Source: Macrostomum hystrix
Lineage: Eukaryota > Animalia > Platyhelminthes
Reading direction: 5' to 3'
DNA: 64,000 nt
NCBI GenBank assembly: GCA_950097015.1
Contig: CATNEN010000011.1
Location: 1,178,001 to 1,242,000 of the forward strand
Within the stretch, counting starts at the first letter, position 1, and each line of letters starts with the position of its first letter. The translations under genes were made by a program, and so were the position numbers. Of the stretch, positions 24,721-39,700 are shown piece by piece. A model generated the notes under the pieces. It was not told the DNA's origin. It was given only the letters and a program-made list of their open reading frames with translations, and did no database searches.

Positions 24721-27700
24721 ATGAGTCAGCAGGGTGTCAGCAGTGCTGGTAGAAGCAGCCAGGGTGGCTCTTTAACTTCACAATTAGGCCTACCACACTG
24801 GACTGGGCGCAATGTAGACTGCTATGCTCTAATTGGTCAGCCAGCTAGGCTGTCTGTAGTTCGTCCCGAGCCAATCAGCGATCGTCGTCGGGAATTTTCT
24901 GATTCTTCTCTTAGCGCGCTGTTTAAACCCGAAAATAGTGCCTTAGAAGACCAAAATCAGAAGCCTTATTTAGTTAACAAAAGCGGTGCCTATGAACTCA
25001 GCACTGGAGCTGATGATTGTGTGCCAGCTCGACTCCTTCTGCACGCCGAATTCATGGGTCCACCATTTCCAGATCAAGACGCTGCTTTGGATGACGCTGG
25101 CGAGCCCATTGCCACCGCCCAGACGAAGGAGAGCGAGCCTGCGATGCTATTTGAAGAACTGCTGCACGGATTGCCTTGGCGAACTTCTGTGGAAGAAGCC
25201 AAGTTAGTAGCTCTTATACTTATGTATGGTTCTAAAAATAGAAAATGACGTCACATAGATAGGCCAAAGAGACGAACAGAAAACCCTACTTTTGAGATGC
25301 TGTTGCTAAAAATAGCAATTGACCCGCACGCACGTTGCGCATAATCATATGTACTTCTGATTCCAAATCCACAGAACTGGAAGACGTCGACCCCAAGCTT
25401 GCCAGTTTGGTGAGCCGTTCGCTCCCGGCCAGGCTTTGAGCTCAACTGAATCCAATGAATGGCCGCTAGCCACCCTGCGCTTGCTGCGACAGAGATTGGC
25501 TAATAGATTGGGCGTTGAATTCAACTCGGTTGTCTGTCGGCTCTATCGAGACTGCCGCGACGCTTCTGAAGATTCCGACGGCGGAGGCGGCGGCGGTGAC
25601 TGTCCTAGTCTTGGCCGGCATCCCAGCGTTGCCTGGCTGTTGCTGGGCCGATCCGGCTTGCGATTTCTACTGGCGCCTAGGCCGGGTAGAAGGTAAGAAT
25701 AAAACTTAAGGGTCACATTGTGTGTAATGTCTTGGTAGTAAATCTGGTCTAAAAAGACCATCGGGTAAGCTTGCAGCTAGACCCGAGGATTCCCGGGAAC
25801 TTCAAATGAATGCAAAAATTGCATTGAGATTAAGTGTAGTGCATTCATTTAATGATATGATTTATCTGGCTGTGTACAGCCATGGCTAAAAATAGCATCT
25901 TGGTTATGTCAAAGCGTGTTAATCTCGGGGCGCTTTAAAAACCCGAAATTCCACATCCTTGAAAATTTATCGCGCGAAAATTTCACAACCTTGATTTTCA
26001 CTGGAATTATGAGATGGCGAGGACATTTACGGATCACCTACTCGGCCAGCATAACTGCGTTTATGTGGACTTTGTACCGAGTCTGCTGACGATTTCGTAA
26101 CGACACACATCTTGGCTGCGTCTCGAATCTTTTTAAAAAAACTCCTGCGTCACTTTGTAGGGCTGCAAAGTGCCTCCACAGTAGTCGACGACGCGTGTCT
26201 GTAGTCGACATGAGATGCGTACTTCTCCGCCATCCGCCATACCATGAGAATTCTAGATTATATGGACGTGAAGGCCTTTGTGAGCTTTACATAATCGGGC
26301 CAACATGAAAATATACAAATCGATGATTCCGAATGAAAAATAAAGTCTTCCTTTTAAAGCTAGTTTTTCTAGGTAGTTACCTTACATGACCTTACATACA
26401 TACATATACCTTAAAAGTTAATCTACGTGCTTATAATTTTGCCAAAATATTCAAATTTACTACACGCAGTTACTCGATAAATTGATCCTATATTTAACGG
26501 AGCAAAAAAACCCACGAAGTTAATTTATCCTAACTAGCTTTGCCACTTTCCTAGCAGAAGCGTTAGCCGTCAAGTCCAGCTCTTAGCAGCCGTGTTGAAC
26601 AGCTTCAGCAAAGCAGTTGTAAAATTTGAGTAGGATGCTGACGCTCACAATGCGTTTACGAGAATTACCTCGTAGAATCGCAGGTGCGAAGGATCCTCAA
26701 TTATCATTGAGCATGCTGACTCGAACAGGATAATGTGCTCATGTCGTAAATTAAGAAGCCTGTCACTGCCCTGAGGCTTAGAAATTATCTTCCAGGCTTC
26801 CTTGCAGATGGAAAACGCTATGTCAGACGGTTTTGTCAAGGCACCTCGATTGATCTGTCGCAGGAACGTGGAGTGTTTCAAGTTCTCTGCTTGCGAATCT
26901 GGAGCAGCAAACAGCAGCTCGGCACAAGATGGACAGTCCTTTTGCGCTGTAATAGACTTTAGCAAACTTGCCTGCGACGTAGTGTTATGCGTCATCAGCA
27001 GCGCCAATTTCATCGTCTAGTTTCACTTCGCTCACTCAAGTTGAGTTCGCTCATCGTAGACTTTGAGCGAACACATTACATTAGTAATTTCCTCACCATC
27101 GAAAGGTCACTTCGGCTTGGCAGGTCGATACGCCGCCAGAAGTTGATGTATTTTGCTGCGTTACTTCTTTTCAACGTGCCCACCAGAGCGTGTTTGTCAA
27201 TAGGAAACTAAACATTCTGCTGCAGGTGACCAAAGTGAATGTAGTTTCTAAGTTTCTCAGGGCCGCAGCATTCGTATGCGAAAATTTCCCGACATTCTTT
27301 GGCATTCATCCAGCTGAGTGCCGCAATTCGGACATGGCAAATTATGCCAATTTTTTTTCTTTTAAGCTCAGTTCCTGTGTCGCGACGTTGATGCTGGTGT
27401 CTAGAAATCACCCGGCGGTTAAAATCACGTCGAAATGACGTCGAAAATCGACGTCGAAATTTCATGTCGATTTGAACCACGATTTTGACGTCGAAATTTC
27501 GCTATCAGATGTCGAGTATGCGACGTCGCGTTTTCCACTATTGATGACGAAAAGTCGACGTCGTTTATATTCATGATTGCAGCAAGTTGATGTAGATTTT
27601 CGACAAATTTTTTACTAGTATATTAGTATGCTAGTGCATTGTTTCATACAATAGTCATAAATTTCTTCCAGCTGACGAAACATAAATTTTAGTTTATACG

Positions 27701-30700
27701 CTGATCTACCCTTAAGTCGGAAATAAATGTTAAGACTAAATGTTAAGTCCAAAAAAGGCTGACGTTTCATTTGCTATCCGAAACAGATGCAACTAATCCC
27801 GCAACCATGAAAAACGTCTACAGTATATTCAATGGAAAAATGAGAAACAACAATGGCATGGCAGCAAGGCAAACAATGGAAAAATGAGGGACAACAATTG
27901 CATGGCAGCAAGGCAAACAATGGAAAAATGAGGGACAACAATGGCATTGCAGCATGGCAAACAATGGAAAAATGAGGGACAACAATGGCATCGCAGCAAG
28001 GCAAACAATGGAAAAATGAGGGACAACAATGGCATCGCAGCAAGGCAAACAATGGAAAAATGAGGGACAACAATGGCATTGCAGCAAGGCAAAAAATGGA
28101 AAAATGAGGGACAACAATGGCATCGCAGCAAGGCAAACAATGGAAAAATGAGGGACAACAATCGCAACAAATGCAAAAAATACAACAGATTAGAATCGTA
28201 AATGGGAAACAGTAAAAATCAACGGCGTCAACGGTTAAAACTCGCGGAAATTCTGCTTTTTCGCGTCCTTAAAAAAGCGTCTTGTGCGGTCGCGTAGGAC
28301 GTCCTCGGCTGCCGAGTTGAGAGGGGCATTTGCTAGAAATATTTTCGGTAGAATAAGCAAGCGGCTTTACTAAACAATTACAATACAATGTTCTCATACA
28401 TATATCCGGAGAACATAGTACATTTACAAAACAATTAATAAAATTACCATCGATGAGGAGCGGAATAAGCAAGTCATTCGCTGATATCCTGGTCCCATCC
28501 TTGGGTCGTTTGGTGGTCTTATAATTGCGCCCCGTCATATTAAAGGCCGTCCGGAATGGCTTCGCCACCAGCATCTTCAGCTGTGCCTTCACGGATTCGT
28601 TCAGGTCGTTCGATTTCGCTTCTTTTAATCTTCGCACCTGAAAGTGTCAACCACAATCGTGACAGGCCAGGAAAATAATAATTATGATCATATCAGATTT
28701 GACTAAGTAAACATTGGGGCTCCAAAACACATAGGCCTAATCTTACTTATTAAAATAAGTACTTTAATAAATAGTAATCACTATTAATGACGTTACAAAA
28801 AATACAAAAGCAAGCCAGCTTTCTATTTGTCCATATTTCATGATACAAGTACCAAAGTGAACTTTATATTACTCACAAATACAAAGTATATAGCTACAAA
28901 GTTTTTATAGAATAACTTCATAGTAACTCCTTCAATTATTACATATAAATAATTAGATAATTATGATATATGTTGTAACTTATGCTCTAGCTAGATGCAA
29001 GCAATTGATGTGGAGTGTGCTGCGGGAATCGAGTGGGAATGTGAGCCAGCGGAATTTTTCAAATTTTTAATCAATCAATAATCGCGACCCACCTAGCAGC
29101 TGGCCACAAACAAGATCATTAATCTTAGGGCCGGGTTTTGGGCGGCGGTGAATTAAGTAGCCGTCGAATCCCTTCTCCCTGGATCTGTCTAGACCCCTGT
29201 AGGAATGACTGATCGCGGCCATAGCTTTTATTGTATGAGTAGTTTAGGTCATAATTCCCCTCCAAACCGCGATCAGATATTGGGAATCACTCGGGCATTA
29301 TGAGTGATCATTAATTCTTCATGTCCCCACTTCTTTACAGTATTCGAGCCCAGCTCGACTTTATGACCTCCTCCTTTAGATACATGTAAATGTCACTGTA
29401 GGCAGGTCGGCGCCTGCGCTTCCCATTGTCCTGGCGGAGTAACAATCATTTGGCTGTCTGCCGGCAGCTGCTCTCGAGGAGCATCTGTCGTTTCTCGCCG
29501 TCGGTTCATTGGGCAATCGGGGCGGCAATCGCCGCTTCAATTCCTCGATGACAGGCTGGCGCGAATGTGGGTTATTTTGATGGATGTCGGGGTTGGCGTG
29601 CTGCAAGACTATTTAAGGAAGCGCGCTGCGCTGCCCCTAACAACTGTTAACCTACCTCCGACCCCCCCCCCTAGATCCGGACTTTCCACCTTGGACCTTA
29701 CCTGCCGGCCCGGACTCCCACCGGACCTAAGGCACTTTCCCCATCCACCTAAGGCTTAGACCCCAGAGCTAAAAGCTCAAGCAAGCGCTCACAGGCCCAT
29801 TGCCTGTCCCCTTTCCCCCTAATCGCAAGCCACCTCTTTAGGTGAGCTCTAAATTGAGCCACTGTGCTCCCAGTGTGTTGGCCCCTACCAGCTCACAGCA
29901 GTTTCCTTTCCCGGCCTTCTGTTTTGCCCTACCCCTTCCCCGAGAGCTACAGGATTGCAGCACGCGGCCGAATCAGCATCCAGCTAAGTAACCCGCGCAG
30001 CGGTTTTATAATTGTTAGTCCTAAGGGACCTTTCTCTAGGTTAGGCGGCATTTAGTGGGAGGGGAGCTAGGAATTGTTTAGCCTAATAAACTATCTAATT
30101 TATAGCCATCATTTAACTTATTGGGCTTACTTTTACAACAACTTAATTCCTTTTATTATGTCTCTATTTCACTTTTATTTCATTGTTAGACAGCCCTCGA
30201 TCATGAGTGGCTAACTTATTAGGGGGTGGGCTCTGGTGATGCCGAGCTGAAAGCTGCGGCAGGAAGACGACTGTGAGCGCGCATGAGAGTAATAAGGAGC
30301 TAGGGGTTTGCGAGTAATATGCGGAGCGTAGCATGTGTTTCTCTGCTAGGGGTGGGGAAATTCCTTGGCGGGTTTTTCCTCTCTTTCTGGCGGATCAAGG
30401 AGTGCGTGTCAACCTCCCTTGTCAATTAAGTTTCCCTTCTGTTCCCCGCCTCTCGCTGCCGCCGCCATGGGAGCGAGGGGTGTGATCTAATAACCATCGC
30501 TTGCATAATCACTCAGCCAGTGTTCTGCTTAATCTCTCCTGCCGCTGATTTCCTCATCTCACACAGATTCGGATTTGCTAGTTATTTAATGTGTAGACTG
30601 CAATCTAATGTAAGGAATGTGCCTGATGTTTCATGAGTAGGATTCCGGCTATGGGTTTCTCATTCGAGTTCGGAGTACCACCTTTCTAGACCACTGTAGC

Positions 30701-33700
30701 GCAGTTTCAGGAATCCCCTGTTGAGGCGTGTCTCGATTCATTCTGGGGTCTTAGCCCTAGTCTAAAACGGAAGTTACAGAATGCCCTATTTTTCGGCTTG
30801 TCTGAGATCTGTGTGACAAACTAGGAGCTGTGAACTCCGGGGACCCAAGTTCCCAAATGTCTGCGGTGGCAACGTAGGCGCATTGGGTGGTGGCGCTACC
30901 CTAGATCATTTTCCGCTTTGCCAATAGCCTTTCCGCATTTCTAAGACAAGAGCCTGGGCCGAATCGACCACTGCTACCACTGTTAGGAGTCAGTTATGTA
31001 CATGCTACTGATGACAGTAGGCTATCTAGCCCTGTCCTACCTGCTTGCGGGTAGTCCGATATCTCTTTAGACTTTAGCCGGTTTCGAGCACTGCTTGGGG
31101 TAGGCACGGCAGTCACGCCTGTGGCCTATGGGTTGAGTGGGACTGGCCAGCCTGAGGCCGAAAGGACCACTCCCTGCATCCACTGTCTCTCCCTTCATCT
31201 CTCCCTTCATCCCTCTCCCCGCGATAAATCGCGAGGCTTTGCGGTACGACTCCTAACTCTATCGCCATTCCCACACTCCCTTTCTCTCTTGAGGACAGGT
31301 CATCGGATTGCAAAACCCGCACCCACTTCACAATTAGCTACTTATATTAGGCCTATATGCTATAGTGCAGTTCTACTTCATGAGTAGCTATGGATTGGCT
31401 ATGCTTTTATTTATAATGTAACAAACATAGATTAGAATTAGAACCAATAAGGAAATTATGTATTTATGTACAAAAAGATAAATATATGTATTATTTTATT
31501 TTATTTTTATATTAAAAATTATATACATATAAATATTAGAAATACTTATTGTTATACAATTGTACCCTTATTCTATTTGGAAAAAAACAATTCGTTACTG
31601 TTCATTAAATGCTACACTACCAAAAATGTTCAAAAAGCTGTACTTCAAAGTAAAGGGTGTCTACTTTATGGTTACTTTATTAATTTACTTATATCCTGTA
31701 TAAAAGTTTAAACCTTTTAGGCAGCAAACCAAAGCAGTATTATAAAACCTCGAACTTTACACTAAATTAATAACACACATGAATAGTGACAAAATAATGA
31801 AGTGCAATGAAAGAAATAATTCGCCACGCTTAATACAGAAAATGCAAGTTAAATATTAACGCATCAATCGCCCTACACCTGGTCCTGCAATTGTCGAAAA
31901 TCGACATCGCATGTCGATACTTTTGAAATAGAATAATAATATTTTGCTGCGTTAAAACAAAAAGTGTCGTGTCTGCCTCTGGTGAATTTATTAAGTCATT
32001 TCAGTAAACAGAAAATCACGTTGAAAATGTGTTTTAAAGATTTTCAAAATTATTCATTCTGCAAATAAGAAGATAAAAAAATCATTTCGATATTTCGACG
32101 TCAAAGGATGGTTCAAACGACAACTCATTTGTCGCTAGTTTTTGAAAGGCGAAAATCGACGTCGTTTCGCCATGATTTTAACCGCCGGGCAGCGTAATAG
32201 ATAAGGCGAGGACGAAAATCTCCCCGGTGGCAATTTTAATCAAAACAACGTGAGCAAACTTTTACTACGATTAATAATAATAATAATAATAATAACGGAC
32301 GCTGCGGAGGTTAGAAAACTGCAGCGAACACACGCTGCCGAAAAACGCGGGAGTCAGCCCTGGCAGCAGCCTGAGGGGAGAAGCCAAGACTCTGCAAGTC
32401 AGTTAAAAGGCAATCAAGTAGAGTCACGCGACGGCCCTGTCCACGCCGAAGGCCTTCACTGGGCGGGTTGAGCAGAAGGGTCGCGAGCGGCGGGCCCGCA
32501 CCCCTCGCATGAGCCCGCAGGCAGTGGCCGGCCAGCATTTGCCGACGCCTTTGCAGGGAACGAGCGAAGGAGGGCACACGGGCTCTCGCGGTCAGCTCGG
32601 CGTTGCTCGCAGTCTCAGGGTAGCGGATGCCAAGCGCCGACCTCAGCAGGTGTCGGTGAGACGCCTCCAGGGCAGCCTCACTGGTAGGCGTCATCGGCAC
32701 TGCTTCGAGGCCATATGCAAGGACGGATTCGACAGCTGAGCGGAAGAGGCCGATCTTCAGGACGTCGGAGGCAGTAGAGTCAAAGATGGTACGCAGAAGG
32801 TGGAGGGCGCGCCAGGCCTGTTGCTTGCGGAATTCGATGATGGCGTTGGCGTCCAAAATTTCCACACCTAAGTACTTAAAGTCCTGGCAGGTGTTGATGA
32901 CATTGCCATCTGGAAGTTGGAGTGGTGGGGCGGTTGCTGTGCCCATGTGCAGGACCTCCGTCTTGTTGTAGTTAATGTGAAGCCCGACTCTCCTGCCTTC
33001 CTCGGCCAGGCGACAGACCGCTCTCGGCTGCGTCAGGGTCGCAGCAGGTCAGGGCGACGTCGTCGGCATAGGCGAGGCAGGTCAGGCGGACGCAGGGGAG
33101 CCGGGCACTACGCCTGCGGGTAACCATGAAGCCATCGTCGTCGGGCGCGCCTGAGAACGAAGTCCATGACCATCACGAAAAGAAAAGGATTACGATTATA
33201 CTACGATTAATATGATTATTGATTAATTGTTGCAGCAGCAGTGCCAGCTCTGAGTAGGACAGTGTGGCACATGACTATATGGGCAGGTCGGCGTAATACG
33301 CAAGCCTAACATCTGCATCGTGAACATCCCGGATAAAAAAAACCAGACCATGCTTACTAAGACTTATTAAGTCATGTGCTTCAAAAGTGAGACTTTATCA
33401 GTCAAGTAAGTTTTAGGTGCATCTTGCTAAGTTTAGAGTATGATTTAATTAGTCCTTGTAAGTAATCTAAGCATTAGCCACATCTTACTAATGTTGTGCC
33501 GGTCGTCCTGCTAACAATGCGGGATCCGGCGGACTCCAATATGAAGTCCAAGAATACTAGGTAGTGTAGTAATAGCGCTGCCACCAGGGCGTCAGGACTT
33601 CTGCCTTCGGTGAGGTGAAGGATCCTTGGCCCGAAAGAGATGAAGTCACGAAGTCTTAAGAAGCACACTTTGCAGAGTTCCAGTCTGCGCAGTTAAAGGC

Positions 33701-36700
33701 TGTCAGAGTCCTGCGTAGCTCGGGTGGTGGTGGGAGGCTAAGTTAGTTTCGGGACTTGGCCAGAACTGAGCTTGCGAGCAGTCACACGCAGAGACTGAAG
33801 TGGAAACTTGGACACTGATAGCACTGACAATGAAGAGGAACTAGAACAAGACTAAAATTACGCCAAGGAAAGGCCTTTGAGGGCCAGAGGAGCGGGGGGC
33901 TTTCTTTTATAGGCCAGGGCCTCCCATAGGGTCAGTGCAGAGTTAGAAAACACGTGATGGAATCACGTGGTTTCTAAAAATAGCAACTGATGTCAGTGGC
34001 GCCAGGAACGTCACTCCTACGTAGGCTCTTGTCCTATAATCAAAGCCATAAGTGCAGTAAACATGTTTACGTGCACTTTAATAGACAAAGAGAGAGGCCA
34101 GTCACATGAGGAGAATCACGTGCTGACTGAGGGCAGACAAGCACACACAAAAAAAGGAGCAGGGAACAGCGAAGCCAGCGCGGGACAAAGAGGTGACGGC
34201 TCACCCCAGGGGGGAGAGACAACACACTCAAAGTGCAGGCGCGGCCGGGAAGGGCAGGGCAGAGAGGACAAGACAACAGACCAGACAACGCCAGAGAGGG
34301 CGGGCCGGGCAGCCACTCAATGCCAGCAAAGGGAACACCTAAGCTACCTTGCAGGTGGGGCTACTGACAGCTAGTGAGACACCAATAGGCCCCTAAGCAG
34401 TGGCTTACTACACTAAGTTTATGTGTAAAACTTAATAAGATGATTCATGCACTTTGTACATGTAGAGACAGGTCACAGGTGTCAGTTTAAAGGATCTGCC
34501 TGTGATTCAAGGTGGCTATGCCCATCGAACAGGATCAAATTAAGATTATGAGTAAATATAGGCAAAAACTCCAGAAATTCTCTGCTTACATGGTTTTCTG
34601 TATAGGCTCCCTTGACTTTAATTATACTTACTGACTCCAATGCACATAGCAGCAACCCAGTCGGCAGTCGCAGGCAACAAAAAAAACTTCGTGGAAAATA
34701 TTTTGGCAATTTTTAAATCCAAGGCAAATAGCATTGGACTGTCCTTTGACAACGAGCAGAATAAATTGAATGCTAAAATGTATTTGGTTTTGAAGACGAC
34801 AAAGTCGGTAAAAAGTGGCAAAATAAGTTTAAATAAGTTGCATTACAAGATTTTCCATTTCAACATCATGTGCCATAGATAAATTAAGATCATTGATATG
34901 TTGGACATGGCATGGCACTGTCATCACACTTAGCCATAGAAATCATCGACAAGCATTCCGCTACCCAATAACGCGCATGTCGGATGCGTGTTATTGTCCA
35001 AGAACGCGTGTTATTGTCCATAGACAGTGTTTTATCGACTTTATTAAAAAGCTGATTTCGTAACGATAAATAATTGCGATATTAAAAAATTACAACCAGT
35101 ATGAACGCATGGGGGAACTCTAAAGTTTGTCTCGTCGCCTTGTTAAATACCGCTTGACCGTCTTCTCGCATTTCTGACCGGTATTTAGCATTATGTCTTG
35201 CAATGTATGACCAGCGGCTTCTAAGTCGCTCACCCTGGTGACTGTTGAGAATTCAGAAAAAGTATTTTCATGTCAACATCTACAAGGTATTTAGAACTAG
35301 TTATGCACAATATCGTATAATAACGTTTACTTACCGGATACAGTGATTAGTATACAACTTGCTCAGTCGAGCCGTCGCACTCAGGTTTTTCATGAATTCT
35401 TGTAGAAATCGGTATCCTACAAGAATTAAGTAAATCGGTCTTATCGGAGAAGCGAAACGGTTTTCCCTGTTTTCCTTGAAGAGGCTTCGAAAAAAACGAA
35501 TTAGCAGCCTGTGGTAGATGACTCATGTATGTATATATATAAGCTCAGTGTTGTAGATTCTGGCATGCTTTCCGTCTACACTTTTTTTCCGAATGGTCAA
35601 CGTCAGCAATTCGATTTTTCGACGGTAGGGGAGGCAAAGCCAAACACTTACGACCATCAGCATCTACACCGTGTTGCAAACAATTGCGTCTCATGAGGGC
35701 ACGTAAGTGCTCCTGTCCACGCTCGCCAAGCTCGTAAAGAATCCGGAATAGCGTCTCATCCTGCAATCTTTCAGCATTACGCCTGTCGAAGTAGTCACGG
35801 ATCTTCCGCATATCCCTTTCTTCGATAGCGTCGTAGTTGCGCGTCTCTTGGTCGGCTTCAATGGATTGCTTGATCTTGTAGCAGAGCATTCGATTGCTTC
35901 CATCGAAAGCAATGTGCTTAGCCATCAGATTGGTTGGTCGCTTGCACAATATATTTAAATATCGTTGGATGCCGGCTCGAATGCAACCAAGTGACGAGGG
36001 TGCGTAATACTTCCCTTCTTTCGTCTCCAAGTGGAAGTAGTTAAGTCTCAAATACTCATTCAGGGCTCCATCATCCAGATCCTGATAGTCAGTGCGTAAT
36101 CCTTTGCTCATACGGAATTCGAAAAGCCGACGCCCATTCTCCTCCATTTGTCGCCTAGTGCTAGTGGGTAGTCCTTCCAACTCGACACGGTCTAAATCAG
36201 CCAACTCAGCCGACAGATTTTCATCACTTAACTCAAGCAAGTTAAGCTTCGTATTCTCCAAGACTGATGGATTGATCCTTGATTCCTTGTCTTCTTCGAA
36301 AAACTCAATAAAGCCCGAAATAAGCTCTTCACAATCATCGTCAAGTGAAGATAGTCGCGTAATGACGTCAAGTTCGTCGGCAGAAACGCCACTCACACAA
36401 TTATCAAGCAGATTCTTGTAGTTAATCAACGGCGGAATAATTTTTCCTCTGGTTGCCATTTCACGCTCGTAGTATAATGAATATTATTTACTACTCATTA
36501 CTTTGCTCTCTCTTCTCTTCTGACGTGGACATGACAGATTTACGACATGACATACACTCATCTGCAGTCGGGATGCATGCTATTGGTTTAAACTACGGAA
36601 AGTGCATTTCTCGCTTCTTTCCCAGTCACATCCTTTTCCAGAGGAACAAACCTTCTATGGTAATTTTTAATTGTTTGAGGACTGAGAACTATTTCTCATA

Positions 36701-39700
36701 AGGGGGGTCGTTAATTCACGAACGATGCCGTCCAAACTGTGCCGGCCGACGGTTGCATTTTGATACCATCTGCCTTACTACGCATCTAAGCCAGGAACAA
36801 ATTCTGAACTGTGCATTTCTCCGGTCTCTTTTTAACACAGCTTGTAGATACAGGGTAGACATCTATCATAATCGATAGTGTGACAAGCTTTCGCGATTTT
36901 CAAAGGAGCAAAACGTCACTTAATGCCAGCGTTGTTGCTATTTGTAGCTCTTTTCTCGCAGTAAACTAGTAGTTCTTGACCGTCTTAGTGCTGCAAATGA
37001 ATCTCATAGTTATATCTCAGACCATGTAATTCCGTGCCCCCACGCAAAGCGAAATTCTTGCCAAGATGAAACACTAGCGTAAAATGCAGTAATTTCAGCG
37101 ACGTAGTTGCTAGACGTCCTTTCCGCTACAAATCATCCACCAGGCTTGAAGGAATTTGGTTCCACGCATTTACTCCAGGAACTAGGCCCTCTCTAGTAGC
37201 ATCTTTCATGGCAGCGTCCAATGCCACTCTTGCATCTTTGCACGCAGCGTCCTTCCATAGATTTAGTTCTTTCTTGAGCGTGTGCTGCAGATAGTGCTGC
37301 CTCATAGAAAATTTGTCCTTAAGAGTCGTAGCATTGTATTACGTAGCATCGACTTTTCGCACTTCGAGCATGAACATCTTTAATAGATAGTTCCGCTCAC
37401 TGGCACTCCATTTATGCAGCTCCTTCAACACGAGAAGGCCTGTTGTATCACCGCTCAGAATTTGATTTTGTCGCTGCTCGAACCACTGGTCAAAAAATTT
37501 TACAGTCCATAGTTCCTTCCTTCGAGTATTCTGTGGAATTGCAGCATCCAGCTTCTCTTATATATCCTCAGTCAATAGCGAATAGATTACTAACACGAGA
37601 AGGATTAGTTGCAATAGAAGCTTTATTTTGAAAATATTCTAACACAAGATTTAATTCGTCTTCCATAGTCGCTGCTGGTAAATAAATTGACTGCTTTGAA
37701 TCTAGCTGTCTGAATAATAAAGTTTAAAACAAAACACTTTCAAGTAAGTCACGGCGGATGCCATAGATTAACTGTAACTGTATATCGATACGTCCTCGGC
37801 TTTCAGTAGGTTAGATATTTTATCATCCTTTTCTCAATATGTCTATGGAAACTTTATTTTCCGTAGCTACACTGAGATAAGGAGGAGAATGTATACTTAA
37901 AAAGCACTCTTTTGTTAACTTACCTTCGTCAATTTCTTTCAACTCTTCAGACATGCCGCTGTTGGGAATCTCCGAGGGGCTCTCTTCTTTAAATTTGCAA
38001 ATGTGCTGCAGAATCGCTGCACAAAAGACATCGTCCATGACATCGTTCAAGCCGCATATGAGTCCATTTGGGAAAAGTGACAAATCAATCAGCCTCGCAG
38101 GCACCGGGGCTGCTCTCTCTACCTCCATGTACCAGCCTACGAAGTTGCTCTTTCTCTCTCACTCTTTACAGAATTTAGCTTGTTCCTCGGCCTTAGCGTT
38201 GAAAATGCCATAGACGTCCTTTTAGCGTGCGGTAATGACGAAATAATGGCACGGCGAATGAATTTATGTCTATGGCGAGAAATTAAAGGCGAGAAAATTA
38301 TGTGCCTAATACCAGGCTTTTGCGTGCGGAAATGTCTATGGCACTTCCGCGTCATTTCCGCACTTAAAAGCCTGGTATTAAGCTACCATTGTCATATAGT
38401 CTAGCCAACAAGTGAGTCAAAATAATGGAGATTTTACCACAGACAATTGACAATCAGGGTGCAATAATGCACCAAAAATGCACGCTGGCGGCTTTCAGCG
38501 TGCAATAATGCAACAACACAAACATTGTATTTTACGAAAAGCAAACGTAGCAAATAGTTGAACATTTTTAACGAGCTCTTTGTCTAGTAGTCAGTGCTCT
38601 AGTAGTAACTCGAAAACTCAGTAACTCACTCAGTACTCATCAGTACTCACTGATCACCGAATTTGAAGTTGCAATTGCTGAAACTACCACTTAGATGAAT
38701 ATGTAGCTCCGGTCGAACAGTATCGGCCGAAGATGCTTGAACGTCAACCTTGACATTTTGGATTGACTTCGTCATTCCGACACTTGCCACCCGCTTTGGG
38801 ACCTCGGAGATAGACGTAGCATCCCCCGCCGAATCCAAATCGCCAGATGGTCCGACGATAGCCCCAGACTTATCGTTGGTCGCAGAAGACGAACTGGCTC
38901 CATACAGCGATGCTGACAACACGTCGGACATCTTGCCCAGTTCACTCGCCTTGCTCTTGCCAACTGCGATATTGCCACAACTGCAATATCGCAGTTGTCG
39001 ATGTCGTAATTAAACGAATGGGCTGTCAAAAAAGCCTTCTGTTTACGAACAGCCGCAACTTCTTGCTTCTCAGTGGATTGAACTTTCGTTGCGTCGTACT
39101 GCTGGCCAACAATAGCTTCTAGTTCCTTTATGGTATCTTCTGTTGAAGGCATCCAGCGTTGGACAGTCGGTGTCCTGATACATCACTTTCTCCACGAGAT
39201 CGTTCATTGCGTACAATTCAGCTTGACTAGTCAACTCCTGTTGTCAATCCGCTAACAAGCTCGTTCGGAAAGTAGCTTAGGTTGAGTTTCGGATGTATTT
39301 CAGCCATTCTGAAATTTTATTCACTTTAACAGCCAGCGAACCCCATAAATTCCTACCTCAAATCAGACTGGTTCGATTCAATGGCTGAAACGATTGTCTA
39401 TGGCTGAAATCGATCACCTGATTCATAAGGTACTGACTGAACAGGTCCGAGCATGGTGACAGGCATGAACACTTCTGTAGGTTTACAGGCATGAACACGC
39501 AAAAATAGCGATAGAGTCCGGCTCTAACACAGATCAGCGTAGTTGTTGCATAGAAGGTCTTTTCTTCCTTTCGAAGTGTAGCGTAAAAGTACTTCAACTT
39601 TTCAGCTAGATATTCAACGTCACAAATGTCGATGTTGCACTTTAAAGAACACGCAGTAAAAAAATCCTTCAGTTTACGAATAGCAAAAACTTCCTGCTTC

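Larger units (their letters stand above)
27411..32189. mobile_element. 4.8-kb DNA transposon with TIRs, CMC/EnSpm-like, non-autonomous
   Basis: TIR CCCGGCGGTTAAAATCA at both ends, CA dinucleotide directly repeated outside both ends (27409-10, 32190-91), and subterminal GACGTCGA repeats. Confidence 0.8.

Noticed and set aside
29000-31400. I/Jockey-type LINE with RNase H
   Set aside because: Only faint peptide echoes among many stops; not enough to call, kept as unexplained cargo.
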